From Neophaeotheca triangularis (taxonomy: Eukaryota), in contig BAAIJX010000012.1 in NCBI GenBank assembly GCA_054600435.1, positions 62,001 to 126,000 on the forward strand: a stretch of 64,000 bases of DNA, in the 5' to 3' direction. The position numbers and the translations under genes were made by a program. Shown piece by piece: positions 34,838 through 47,851 of this stretch. The stretch's first letter is position 1. The number at the start of each line of letters is the position of its first letter. The notes under the pieces were generated by a model that was given only the letters and a program-made list of their open reading frames with translations, was not told the origin of the DNA and searched no databases.

Positions 34838-35527
34838 CTCCGCTCCCAAGCACCCAAGCATTCGACTCGCTCGAGCCATCATCCTAGTAGTCTCAAAATA
34901 CTCGAACGATCAGAGGCGCCGCTTCTGGACGGTTCGAATGAGCGCAACCAGGGAATCGGCGCAGCGTCATCGTCGCTCGCGCACAGCCGCGCGAAGATGT
35001 CTGGACCAGGTCATCCTTCCTCCAGAACCCCCCAGTCGAACCTGCAGATCCGCCAGGCTTTGCGCTCTTCTATCGGACTGTGGCGGATCGATGAAGCTAC
35101 AGCATGTAGGATTTTTGCGACCGTGCGCTCGCCGGTGCCCTTCAGCCTGGTCGAGTAGATAAGTATGAGCTTGCGTCGCTGCTCTTTAGGTATGACATCC
35201 CCAATTGTACTTCTCCACCCTCAATCCCAATACAAACCTAGGTTTCGCGTCGTCGATTTTCAGTGCGGTGGTTGTATCTTGTCATTTGGTGGCTGTCGAA
35301 TCTTTGCTGCCACGTACACAGACCAGCAAGCAAACGCCAAAGCCTCGAGCATCCCCGTGCTGCACGGTGGGACGCGCCCTTGATATCTTCAGTAATACCT
35401 CCCCGGCTAACAACCCGAGAGCAGTGACCCTCAACTGAACCGACCAACCCCAACCCCAACCCACCCACAAGAGCTCAAAGTTACCGCCACCCACTACCCA
35501 TCTCCTCCTCCCTGCCCTAGACGAGCA

Positions 35528-35841
35528 ATGTGCCAAGTAAGCCTCTCGAATTCCCTTTTCCCCCTCACCCCACAGACCCCTCCAAACCCCCACTAACCCC
35601 CCCTCGTCCGCTTCAGTTCGAAGTCATCCATTTCCACTGCGGCCACGCCGGCCGCCGCCTCATCAAGCACTGCCACTTCGCCCGCAACGACCCAAACCAC
35701 CAGTGCTTCGGCGCATGGTCCATCAAGCGCGAGTGGATCAGCGCGAACCAGCTGTGTCAAGCTTGCGGCAGTCGTCGCGCAGGCGGGCACCGCGAGCAGC
35801 AGCAGCAACATCAACCGTCGCAAGCGGGTTTGCGCTTGTAA
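35528..35841 (+). CDS. 77-aa Cys/His-rich microprotein of unknown function with a 9-nt first coding exon
   Basis: ATGTGCCAA|GTAAGC, intron 35537-35616 with CACTAAC branch point and TTCAG acceptor. Product MCQFEVIHFHCGHAGRRLIKHCHFARNDPNHQCFGAWSIKREWISANQLCQACGSRR...GLRL*. Confidence 0.75.
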
Positions 35842-36178
35842 TGTTGCTTGCTTTCTAGCTGCGGCGCATCTTGTTTCCAGCCCGGAGGTCGTGGGGGCTG
35901 TGTTGAGCGTTCATTCCGGTTTCGCACGGGTTGGTGCTTTAGTTTGTGCCCGGGGACGGCGTTGGCGTTGACGGTTATATCCCACTGAGTGCTTACCTTT
36001 TCATCTTCATAGCTTCGCGGGGTCAGCGGTCCAAAGAAAATGGATCCTTGGGAAAGAAAAAGTGCTTTCAAACTGTATCGAGGAGCTCGCAAACGTGTCA
36101 TCAGCCTCTCAGACTCTGAAACCCCTCGTGTTCCCCAAAACTCCTCTGGGCTACTGCCAACTACTCGTCCCGCCTCCC

Positions 36179-36778
36179 TCACTGCTGCTGCTGCTTCACC
36201 TTGCCCTTGATGTTATACCGCTTGCTAAAAAACGTATACCAATCATTCAGCACCTTCTTGTGCTCGTCCGAAAGATCCTCCCACTCGGGCCTACACTCCT
36301 CCGGTTTGAGAGAACTCTGGGCCAGCGCGCGAGAAGCGTCTTTGCCCGCGAAAACTGGAGCGGCGTGAGTTGCTTTGCTCGTACCGTACATTTGGCTAAG
36401 AGAGGGGGGTAGGGTGGGGAATATTTCTCAGGGGAAGCGTGCGTACCTTTGTACGACCCTTCCGGGCCGTAGGCTTTGTTGCCGGTCACGTCGAAGACGG
36501 TTCCCTGGGTGACGCTTGCTGTCAGATTGGCTTCTGGGGTGCGTTTCTTTTTGGGCCAGGGTGCATGGTTGATGGCGGAGTTGGCGCCGTACCTTTATTG
36601 CCACGTAGGTTGGGTAATCTGGGTTTGTGCCTGCAGAGGCCGGGTTAGTCGCGGGCTTTAATTCTGAGACGGGGGGTTTGGGGGAATGGTTACCATCGCA
36701 CTTGGAGAGGTAGTCGAGGCTGATTTCGTCGTCTTTGGGCGGGTCCAGCTCGACTTTGTGTTTGGGTTCGAAGGACAT
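36179..36778 (-). CDS. Small cytochrome b5-like heme/steroid-binding protein (MAPR family), 4 exons
   Basis: Exons 36778-36694, 36630-36593, 36504-36447, 36354-36179 give ...[36 protein letters not shown]...WYTFFSKRYNIKGKV. No N-terminal TM anchor. Confidence 0.92.
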
Positions 36779-37318
36779 CTTGGGGGATTTGCTGTGACGA
36801 CGGAATTGTTTCCTTTTGGTCAGAAGGATTGATATGTGCGGTATGGCTAGCTAGAGTAATGTAAGGTATCAGACAAGGAGGTTTCAACCTAATGGATGTC
36901 TATGTTTCAAGGTCACTCATGACGTTGGCGTTGGCTTGAGGCTCTCCAGCTTTCCAGGTTCCCAAGGTTGAGCCTCGGTCCATCTAGCCGGATTAGGAAG
37001 GGAAGATGCAGGTGTCCGAACACATGTATTGAACATTTCAAATCTCACAGCCGTCAACGAAACAATACAAAGCGTGATCATTGACTGCTAGACACTTGAA
37101 GCCTCACTGGCGACGAGTAGACGTGCCGTCCTGTACCCTCACATTGGCAAGGCTCACGGCCGGCGCAGCTATCTAAAAGCCAAGACGGTCAAAGGTGTCT
37201 CTTTCAACAGACCTGCTTGAGCACATACATACGTACGTGTCTGTACCACCACCCGTGCAGCAGAAGACTCTCAAACCCACATTCATGGACCCAGCGACAC
37301 CGAGTGGAACACGCATTT

Positions 37319-38647
37319 TCACACGCTCCTAACCGGCGTCTCCACCATGAGTCGCACCAGCGAATGTACAACCTCAGCAGCCGCCAGCAAAGTAGTCTCG
37401 CCGGGGTTATCATAGATCGGTGCCACCTCAACTGCAGAGAAACAAGAGTCAGCAAGAAAGCGTGCTCTCACGCAAGATAAACGCAGTAACTTGCAGCGGA
37501 ATTTACTGACCTACATCCGCCCCCACGACCTCGAGCCCGCTTAGGCCGTCGAGGATCGTGAGCAATTCCCTCGTCGTCCAGCCCCCGACCTCCGCCGTCC
37601 CAGTCGCCGGCGCGAATGCGGGATCGAGCACGTCGATATCGACGGAGATGTAGACTTTGGTGCCCTTGACGCGGTTTTTGAGCTTCTCGATCACGCCTTG
37701 GGGAGTCAGCCGGTCGAGGTCGCGAGCGGTAATGATGTTGAAACCGCAGGCTTTGTCGTTGCGCAGGTCATATTTGGCGTTGCTCACTGGCGCGCGGATA
37801 CCGGCGTGGATAGAGGTGTTGTGGATCAGGCCTTCTTCGTGGGCGAGGTGGAGGAAGGTGCCGTGGTTGACTCCTCTGTGCTCTCGTCAGCGTTCTGCGA
37901 GAGACCTGTTCCTCATGACTTTGTTGTTGTCCTCACGCGTAATGGGAGATCCCGCCGCCCAGGACGTCGGGGTCCCAAGTATCGAGATGGCTGTCCAAGT
38001 GTATTACGCTCACCTGACCCCAATGATCGAATGTCGATCTCAACGCCGGTAGAGTTGTTGTGTGGTCGCCACCCAGTGTGATAATACGTGGCACGGGGTA
38101 GTCCGAATCGTTTGTCTTTCGGCCGGACACGATCTTGTGGCTCTTAGTGAGTTGACTCAAGGCAACCGTATTGTCGAGCCAGGTCAAAGGTGCGTCGCCA
38201 CAGTCTACGACCTTTGCCCAGTCTTTGAAGGTGTCCTTTCCGTCGTAAACGCTGTAGGAAGAGCCTGCCTCAATCCGTCTCGAGCCCTGGCGAATGCCAC
38301 CGGGGCCGTATCTAGCCCCAGGCCGCGCAGTAACGCCAGTATCAAAAGGTGCGCCGATGATCTAAGCATAGTGATCAGTGACGGATTTTGGTTGAAGACC
38401 GGCAGATGTATCTGTAGCATACGGCTATGTCGTACGGCTCGACCTCATCACCCTCTTTCGCCAGACAGTGGACGTATGGCAAGTTCGCATAAGTGGTCAA
38501 GCCAGCGAAACGAGAAGAGGAAAGATCATCTTCATGAGGGCCCCCGAAGAATGTCTGACCGCCTTGGTAAGCAGCGACAGGCGGGAAGGTGATGTCCCGA
38601 GCAGCTGCGGCTCCTGCTAGAGTGATGGATGCGAAAGCTGACAGCAT
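37319..38647 (-). CDS. Ureohydrolase, agmatinase/guanidinobutyrase family, with signal peptide, 4 exons
   Basis: Introns 38422-38362, 37936-37876, 37510-37432. Motifs GAPFDTGVTARPGARYGP, GGDHT, HLDSHLD, SVDIDVLDPAFAPATG, VEVAPIYD; N-terminus MLSAFASITLAGAAAA. Confidence 0.92.
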
Positions 38648-39119
38648 ATTTGCTAGAAGTGTCTTTGATATGTAGAGCGAACAATGACAGCAAAGAAGCA
38701 CACACGAACCATTATTGATACAACATACAGTAAGGGAACCCCCGAATAGGAAAGCCACTTCTCGCGTATATAAGCTCGGCTTTACTGTGAGCTCATCTAC
38801 ATTTAGGATTACCTGAGAGATAGACTCACAGCATCAACCCGAAGACTCATAATACCGCCATTTCCATTTGAGTCTCATTAGGCTCAGTATTGATGCAGTT
38901 ATAGGTATCGAAATTGCTAAAAGGAATAATAACACAACCTTAAGCAAGCGCGCTCACTTTGGCAGACGAACAAGCGTGCCCAACCGCACGGTCCGCAAGA
39001 AGGCAAATGCTGGGGGCGACGAGGTTTCTTTCCCGTCCACCACGAAAACAGTATTGTCTAATGCCACCTCCGAAAGGCTCATCTCCCCAAGCAAGCAAAG
39101 CTGCAATAGAGCCAACAAT

Positions 39120-42100
39120 CTAACCCCACCCAGCAACAACCTCAAGCACTCTCCTCAAAGGCCCCAAAACTTCTCCAGCCCCCGACCACGGATCCCCAGC
39201 CGTACCCACCGCCCTCGCCAACAAAGGCTGCAAGAAAGCCAAATGCGCTTTATCCCTCTGCACGCCATCACCGGTTTCCGCCTCCAACCCCAGCGCAACA
39301 GGCTGGCATTCCAAATTCCCAATGGCGTTGAAACAGAACAACAGCTCCTCCAGCTCGGACAACGGCTGCGGCCACGTGCCCCGTAGAGGCTGATCGGCAA
39401 TGTAGGCGCGAATGGGGATGGCGAGACGGAGAATTAGAAGCGGTGCCGCTGCTTGCGAGAAGCGCGTAGAGTGCATTTGCGTCAGAGCTGTGAGTTCGTC
39501 GAGGCAGAGGTAGCACATTTCTTCGCGGGGTGAGGGGGAAATGGGTCTAACGCGGCCTCTGCGGATGGTGTGTATGGCGGCTAAGACTGCTGAGTCAGGT
39601 GGCGGTAGCTCGCCCGGTTCGGGTTGGTGAATCAGGGATGCTTCAAACAGAGAGCGCGTGTAGACTGGAAGCAGCTTGTTGGCGAAGCCGTAGTTGCCCA
39701 GGCGTGGGATGAGGACGTTTCGGAGCGTTTTGAACTTTTCCATGTCGAAGAGCATGTCTTGGTAGATAACCGATTCGTCGTCTTGCTTTCCTGGGCTTGC
39801 ACTGACGATTGCACTTGCGATGCCGACGTATGCCGTCCAGTTGGCTTCGATTGCGGGATTATCGCCTGGCTTCGACGCAACTGCTGCTTCGGCATCTTCA
39901 AGCACAGGCTTGGCGAGTTCCACGGCCGTTGATGTGGCCACACGCCATAGCGCCTGGGAGTTGCTTTCTGCCTGAAAGGCATGTTTTGCCTCGATAAGGA
40001 GAGCAAGGGCCTCGAGTGTCACTTTCAGAGCGTCGGAACAGAGAACATCGCTGTCAGACACGTGTTTTGGCACAAGCTCTTGCAACCACGTAATTGCGGT
40101 CCCTGACAGAGCGATAAACGTCGGGCCTTTCTTGCGAGGTTCAGCGCCCCGTTGCGACGTGCATTGCAAGATCATTTTCGAGGCAAAGGCTATAAGCTCA
40201 ATCGCCATCCCCTCCGGGTTTGAACTGAAAGACTTGACTAGCCCCATAATTCTGTACTGTAGGGGGCTCAGCTTATTGACATCAGCGCCGTAGCCTGGGC
40301 CATCGGAAGTGCGAATGCACGCTTCGCAGTTTGCAAGAATTCCGGCGGCTTGCTGGGCGGTGAATGTATTGTCGTTGAGGCGGCTGATTTCTCCTGCCAG
40401 CTCAACGTAAGCTAAATAGGCCGACTGGTTGTCCTGCTCGCTGGCGCGCTCGTCGACTGAAGTCGGCGGACGTTTGTGCCAAAGCGTTGTTGTTTGAGCT
40501 AGCACATCCTCCCAAGCTTCCACCATGGTACTGATATTGGACAACACCACGGAGAGCGCGCGCCAGACCGAGGCGTTGATCGTGAGGTTTTCTAAGTCAA
40601 GATACCTGCTGAGCGCCGAAAGATATCCTCGCCATACCCGCGCCACGTTCTCCGAATGCTTTTCTGACTGGATCTGTTGGGCTACAATGTCAAAGCATCC
40701 ATGGATGAGTGCTGAAGTAGTGGCAGTGTCGATGCTCTTCCGCTCTTCTCCAGAGCTTTGCAGGGAGGCTACATGTCGAGCGTCTTCGACGAGCATCTCC
40801 AAGACTACACTTCGCAATAAAAGTTCCCAAGATTTGGTTGAGATTCTGGCGCCATGGCTGTTGAGAATAGCGCAAAGTGTGCGGAACGCAGCATTTTGAA
40901 CTTCCCTTGGCGACTCATTGACAACATCCCGCAGCTTGACGAGAACAAGAAGCCATTGAGTTTGTCGTGAGGTAGAGCTGCCGGTCGCTAAAGCTTTATG
41001 AAAATCTCCAGCTGAATCATATCCCAGGAGCAGCTCCTCCATGGGCCCGCTGAGGGCTTGAGAGACAAGGAAATCGGCCGTCGCCCAAGCCATGGAGACA
41101 GCAGTGAGTGCAATGTTCAGATCCTCTTCTTGGCCCATGAAACGACGCAGTAGTTCGATACTCGAACTGAAGGCGGGGATCGGCAAGGAAGCGAGGAAGT
41201 CTGAACACAAGACCTGCGTGGCCGCGAAACCGACACGACCGAGGTTGACCGAGACGAAATCATCGCCCACGTGCTCCCAGTTGACATGAGTCCGTCTATC
41301 AGTACCTTGGGGATGGGCTTGAGCCCAGTGCTCGACTTCAAAGACCGAGCTCAGCAGCGCCATGATCTTGTTCCAGCCTGCTATCAGAGCATCTCCTGAC
41401 TGTTCGAGAATGCCACGTAGAGCATCCAACGCTCGGCTGTGGATCTGAAGCTCGACAGCACCAACCGCGCTGTCGCTGTCATAAATGCCATGGACTATGC
41501 CGGTGAGCACTGATAACGCTCGTCTTTGCACGACGGCTCTAGGGTCTTGATCTTCCCCACCAACTTCGAGGACAGTCTCCGAGGCTGTCTTGCACAAGAC
41601 TTCGGCAGCCGCCACTCGAGCTTCTTTGGGTAAATCCCGACTAGCTGTGATTGCGAGCATCTCTTGCACGAGGAGGTCCCAGCCGCTAGTGCCGGCTTCG
41701 CTAGCTGCAAAACGAGCGATGTTAAGCTCAGCAAGATGCCCAAGTTTAGGTATCACGAACTGATAGTCTCGAGATTGTACTCTGGTTCCAGTTGAAAGTC
41801 CTGGTAACCCTGAAGTTGTTCTTCTGCTGGTCGGCAATGTCGATGGGGTTGGAGAGTGTGCCGGTCTGGTATTCGTCGACGTTTCTTCATTGTGGTGCAA
41901 AATCTGGGAAAATGCTTGGAGTACGTTCACGAAAGCTTCGTCGGGGTAGTCTTGAGTGCTTTCAAGTAAACGCGAAGCTGCAGCTTCAACCGCACCAACT
42001 TCGTTGCTGAAGGCTTGCACAATAGCGGCATCTTGCCCAGACCCTCGAACCGACCCCGAGGCGGCGCGGCTATCACGTGCCATTTGCTGAGGCCCAACAC

Positions 42101-44220
42101 TGCTCAAGATGATGTCTGCTTGCCTCAGTGTGTCCACAACAACCGTAAACGCTGTATCCAGAACCGGACCCAATGCGATCGCAAGATTGAGCAGTGCTCG
42201 AAGGCACAAAAGATTCCTCGTGGTCAGTTGAGGCTTTCCCTGCTCCACTGAGGACCTCCCGTCTTTGTCAAGCGATAACGAAGAAGCCGGGCTGACCAAA
42301 GCGTCAACACTAAGTACATTTTTGGGATTGGAGAAGACGCGTGGACTCTCGGTGCTATCAGGCGATCTGCTTTGGTCGGCAAAAGCACTATTCAGCACGT
42401 GAGGAGGAATCGCCGACTTGGCCAGTGTTGTGAGGAGTGCGTCCCTAGAAGTGGTGTGGCGAAGTAAACCGCATACTTGAGCGAATCGCTGGTATGCCTT
42501 TACCAAGGTCTTGAAGTATTGGTCGTCTAACGCTGCGTTCAAAAACGTGCTTGACGTCGCAAGTAGAGCAGGCCAGCAATGGTCCACGATTCCAGCGACA
42601 CTCTTGATTTTCCCGTAGGCAGCGTCCTCCACGAGCGTCAAGGGATCGAGAGGTACCGTCCTCTGTTGGAATGAATGCGATCTTGTGCGGTGGTTGGCTG
42701 GGCGCGCGTCGCCGTTCGATTGTAGAGGCTTCTTGTCACGTAGGAATTCGCGCTGAGTCGCCACGGGTAGCACGATCTTGGCGAGGGCATCTGCCAGGAA
42801 GTTCAAACAATCCATCACAAGAGTGTAAATGTATGTTTCCGGCGGAGACGGTGGATCAGTCTTGTCGAGAAGATCTGTAAAAGGAGTTCGCGGGACGCTC
42901 CATTGCGTGCTTATTCCGGCCACGCTTGATTCAGAAACGCCGAGTGCAGATGTAATCACCCCAGCCATTCCACCAGCTGCTTCAAGGGTAGATAGTTCTT
43001 GACTTGGTTCTCGTTGTGTAGGAGCTCCGACCGGTAGCGTTGATTGTTGCGACAGTCCAATCGCGGCCGGCTTTTCAGATGATAAGCGGACAAACGAGGA
43101 TAGAATATCCTGGACAATAGGCTTGCCACCTTCCATTCCATCGTAAGAAGCATACATTTCGACGATCAGGGAGCTTTCTGAAAACACGTTCCGGACCGTC
43201 TCCATCATCAAAATTCGTTTCCACAATGGCGCTGCATCCTGATCCAGCATATGGGTTACGAGTCCGAGCGCGACTTCACATTCATCCGAAAACCTTCGCA
43301 TGTACCGCCTCAAGATCAGACCGAGGATCCGCACTGAGCGAACAGTCACTTGGAAACTGAGTTTTTCGGATAAAGCTCGAATGATTGCAGGCATGATGCT
43401 CGAGCTAATGACTTCGCAGAGCTCATCGTGCTTGAGAAACAATGTCGAGTGCGCGTCAATCGCGGTATGTATGAGCTCCAGACAGGAGATGGGGGAGGCT
43501 GCGAGCTCAACGAACTTTGCTTTACGATTATCGGTAGTCAATGCAAGATCGCGGAACAGGCGGTAAGCATCGTATGCTGCTGGTCGGAGCTTGACAGGCG
43601 TATCTTGGCCAGGAATTTCCGCCACGACCGAGACTTTATCGAGTTGCTGATCTTCTTCAACAACCTTGTCAAAAACCGAATTGACCAGCTGTTGCAAGGT
43701 TGCCGTCGCCACACCAGAGACGGTCGGTGCCTTGGCATTTTGCAAGGACGAACACACTCGAAGCGCAGTGCTCAGGAGATCGCCTTGCAACTCATCGCCA
43801 TAGTTTTGCAGCAGCGATGGAAGGGCCTGGAGGATCTTGAGTTGGACGTCCAGGTCCAGATCTGTACAGTTGTCGAAAGCTTGTAGGGCATCTTGCAGTC
43901 TGGATTTAGGTAGTGCTTGCGTGGTGATAAGTCGCTGTAGGCAGTTCAGAGCACCACTGCAGTACTTTGGATTCCTAGACCCGCATGCAACCAGAAAGGG
44001 ATCGATAAATGCGGGCCTTCGGCTTAGGTCTCTTGTCAGTCAGTTACACCACCTCGACTGCTACCTTTTGCTGCTTCTCACCGATGGCCAGCTGCTGCTC
44101 AGAGGTCGCATGAAGCCCATTGAGCTCCTGCAGGGACTTTTCCGCCGCGGTCCTGAGCTCAGTATTCTTCCTTTTGGAGATCAAGCTTGTGAGCTCGTTG
44201 GCGAAGAAGGTCGCACTCAT
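39120..44220 (-). CDS. MON2: Mon2/Ysl2 endosome-Golgi trafficking scaffold, 2 exons
   Basis: ATG at 44220 (...SKRKNTELRTAAEKSL); intron 44081-44030; DCB-like FIDPFLVAC...DVQLKILQALPSL; later LDKTDPP, CWPALLA, RDALLTTLAK, RNLLCLRALLN, LCSDFL, AYIADQPLRG. Confidence 0.9.
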
Positions 44221-44748
44221 GATTTGGAAACGCCGTGCAGCACTGGCATCATGATAAGACCAAGCAAGATGGCCAACAGTTGACAGCGGGATTGGCCGGT
44301 ACAGAGCAAATGCTAAAGAGAAATGTTTGATATTGTCGCGCCAGGGAGAGAACGCACCTCAGTAGACGAGACGTGTTGTTAATCTTGGCATATACAGCAC
44401 AGGGCTGCCACGTGCTAAAACGGGAAACACACCCCCCACCCCACATCAAGCTGCAGCGGGCCCGGTCAGGGCATGTACCCATGTCGGGTACTAACTACTA
44501 TACGTATCGTAGCGTTAATAGAAGGTACCTTACTGTAGTAAGCTTCAAGTGAGGTTCCGTTGGATCAGCACACTCTAACCATCGTTTGGGAAAACACCTT
44601 TTGAAGAAAATTGTTGTCACAAGTCGATTGGCTCCTGTCCGCGTTCCTACCCTTTTCAACATTACTATTGCCGCGGCAATACATGGTCAAAGACTCGACG
44701 GCTCCATCTCAACATCTCGACATTTCCACCACCAGGATCACATCTTCT

Positions 44749-47222
44749 ATGTCCGACTCGGCGCAACCGACAAACCCTCAGCAGAATGCCACTTTAGTCC
44801 AGAACAAGGCAGGCCAGGGTGAAGACCTGATAGGAACGTCAGATACAGCAGCGACGGAGAACAACGTATCGAACCAGGCAGCAGGGAACGACATCTCGAC
44901 TACAAACCACGAGGGCCGGCCCAGTTTCGACAGCCGTGGTGAACCGCACCATGAATTGGCGAACGCAGAAGCAACACTGGAACCAAAGAAGATGGAGCAG
45001 GTCCAGGGAGAGCAGGATCAGACACACCACGTAGAGCAGGAGGCGAGCGAACATCTGGCTCGTCGTGCCGCCGAGATGACAGTAGAAGATGGCAGTACCG
45101 TGTCCAACAAGGGGAAAAAGGATGTTATGCCTGCTACAAATCAAATGACCTTCCCGGAATCTAACAAGGGCAAGGCAAAGAGTACAGCGCAGGACGACGA
45201 GTACGATGAGAAGCATCCCCCAGAAGTTGAGAATCGACCTGAAATTCCAGAAGCGCCCCAAGGGACAACAGAACCTACCGGCGAGGAGATCCAGGACATC
45301 ATGAATCAGTTCAGAGATGGCATCGGGGGGCCAGGGGAGCAAGAAATCATGTCACCTCGACTTGAAAAGCAGCAACCGATACTGCACCTGCCACCTCGTA
45401 CTTCGAGCCTTGAGCCGAAAGAATCGTACACGATGAGTCCGCAGACTAAAGGTCAAAGTTCAGAATACCCCTTCCCAGCCAGATCAGCCAAAGCGCAATC
45501 TGTCTCGGGCAACAGTCTGCACCAGTCGAAGTCCGGCGATGGCGAGTCCATTCACAGCGCCCACGCCGGCTCCGTCTTCCAGCCTCCACCGCCGTCACCT
45601 GACCCGGAACCGACGCTACCTTTCGATTTTCATCGATTCTTGGAGCAGCTACGTCATCGAACGGCAGATCCAGTAGCAAGATATCTGAGATCTTTCCTCA
45701 CAGAATTCGGCAAGAAGCAATGGCAAGCACACGAACAAGTCAAAGTCATCGGCGACTTTCTCGAATTTATAAGCAAGAAAATGATGCAGTGTGAAGTTTG
45801 GCGAATGGTTTCGGATGCGGAGTTCGACAATGCGAGAGAGGGCATGGAGAAGCTTGTCATGAATCGACTGTATGCCCAGACCTTCTCACCTGCGATTCCG
45901 CCACCTGATGGCAGTCCAAGAAAGCGGGGCAAAGGCAACAAAATACTGGGCGATGTTGCAAACCCAGCAGGCCCGGGCAGAAGAGGCCAACACCAAGAGG
46001 ACGTGGAGAAAGACGAAGTCATTGCCGAAAGGCTACGAATATACGGCTGGATCAACGAAGAACACCTCGACATCGCCCCTTTGGGTGAAAAAGGCCGCAA
46101 GTTTCTTGTATTGGCTCAGCAAGAGCTGCTCAAGATCAACACCTACAGGGCGCCGAGAGACAAAGTCATATGTGTTCTCAACTGTTGCAAAGTCATTTTC
46201 GGCTTCTTGAAAAACTCCAAATCCGACCAGAGCGCCGATGCCTTCGTCCCCTTATTCATCTACACCGTCCTCCAAGCCCGCCCGGAGCACCTGGTAAGCA
46301 ACGTCCAATACATCTGGCGCTTCCGCAATCAGGACAAACTTGGCGGCGAAGCCGGCTACTACATGAGCTCCCTAATGGGCGTGGTGAGCTTCATCGAGAA
46401 CCTCGACCGCACTAACCTCACCATCACCAACGAGGAGTTCGAAAACAATGTCGAGCAAGCCGTTCGCACTATTGCCGAAGGCCACAAGGCCGAAGAATAC
46501 GAACAACATCTGCACGCTACTGGCGGCGCCACGGCGGCTTTCAACCCCGCCCTCCCCAGCGCGCCAATGCAGCACCTTGCGGAGAAAAGCGCCCTCAGCC
46601 GCGCCGAAGTAACCCCCCGAAACAGCATGGACGCCGAGCGCTCCAGCCCGCGCCGCAACGTGAGCCAGCGCCTCAGCAACCGCACGAGCTCTTCACAGCA
46701 AAACTCCGCCACCGAGGAGGATGACAACAGCGACGCCGTCACCGGCCTCCTCCGCACTATCCAAAAGCCCCTCTCCAGCATCGGCCGCATCTTCTCCGAC
46801 GACGCGGGCACCCAACCACAGCAGCAGCAAACAGATAGCCGTCGGCCCTCCGGCGCACGTTTGGCGACTGCCCCCCTTCCACAGCGCCGCGCCCCGTCGC
46901 CTTCCAAACCGGACCGCGGCCATAGGCCTTCCGCCGGGCAGCGCGCGCAAACCCAAACCACCGACGACGTGGCGGCAAGACAGGCGCAGGAGATTGCGCA
47001 CGCGCAGCGAATGCGCGCGCAGGAACAAAGTGTAGTCGTCGAGTGAGTATTGCCCATGTCCCGTGGTGGTGTAGTTGCAAGCTAACGGTTTTGGGGAAAT
47101 GAAAAAGGACACTGCAAGGCATGTTCCCGTCTCTTGATAAAGAGGTTTTGGAAGACGTTGTGCGCTCGCAAGACGGCAATGTAGGGCGCGCGGTTGATGC
47201 TTGTCTTGCTATGAGTGGGTAG
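44749..47222 (+). CDS. VPS9: Vps9 Rab5/Vps21 GEF with C-terminal CUE domain, 2 exons (an upstream in-frame ATG exists at 44683)
   Basis: FDFHRFLEQLR, NAREGMEKLVMNRLY, YRAPRDKVICVLNCCK, SADAFVP, GGEAGYY. Intron 47043-47107 adds the CUE segment TLQGMFPSLDKEVLEDVV...AVDACL. Confidence 0.94.
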
Positions 47223-47851
47223 GGTTGGATTGCTATGGTGAGAGTGGCTGCGACAGCGGGGATGTAGGAAGCGGATTAGGGATGGGGATAGAGGTAGGGA
47301 TTTGGAACAGGGTGCGAGCATTTTTGAAAGACGGCGAAGCGTTGATACCCTGGTTGGTAATATGTACATGTACCTTATGACTCGGCGGGGGCGAAGTCCT
47401 GCTTCTAGGACCTGGTCGACTCGCCGAAGTGTCGGGTCTATTTGGCGATTTTCCTTCGAGCTTTTCGTCGCCTTGCAACGCTCTCTTGAAGGCATGTCTG
47501 TGTCTATGCGTGCCGCGAGTACGGCAGAGCAACATCACTGCCATGAAATCGTTCACCTTTCGGGACGGCACTTAGCCCATGATGACGCGGAGTGGCCCTG
47601 CCCAGTGTGTCCACCCACGGCATCGAGTCCCTTTAAGCCAGCGGAGCCCGCATGCTGCATTCCGTATTCCATCTAATGCGCATGGCTGGTCGGTCGCTGG
47701 CTTCTCCTTACGCCAAACTAGCGCAGCGACTGCGCTGGCTCCAGCACATTCACCTACGAAGTTTTTGTGTTGTCTCCGATCCTCCGCGTACCTCTACTCC
47801 CAACAAAAACATACCATACTCTTTCTCTCAAAGCCAAGCCAAGCCATCTCC

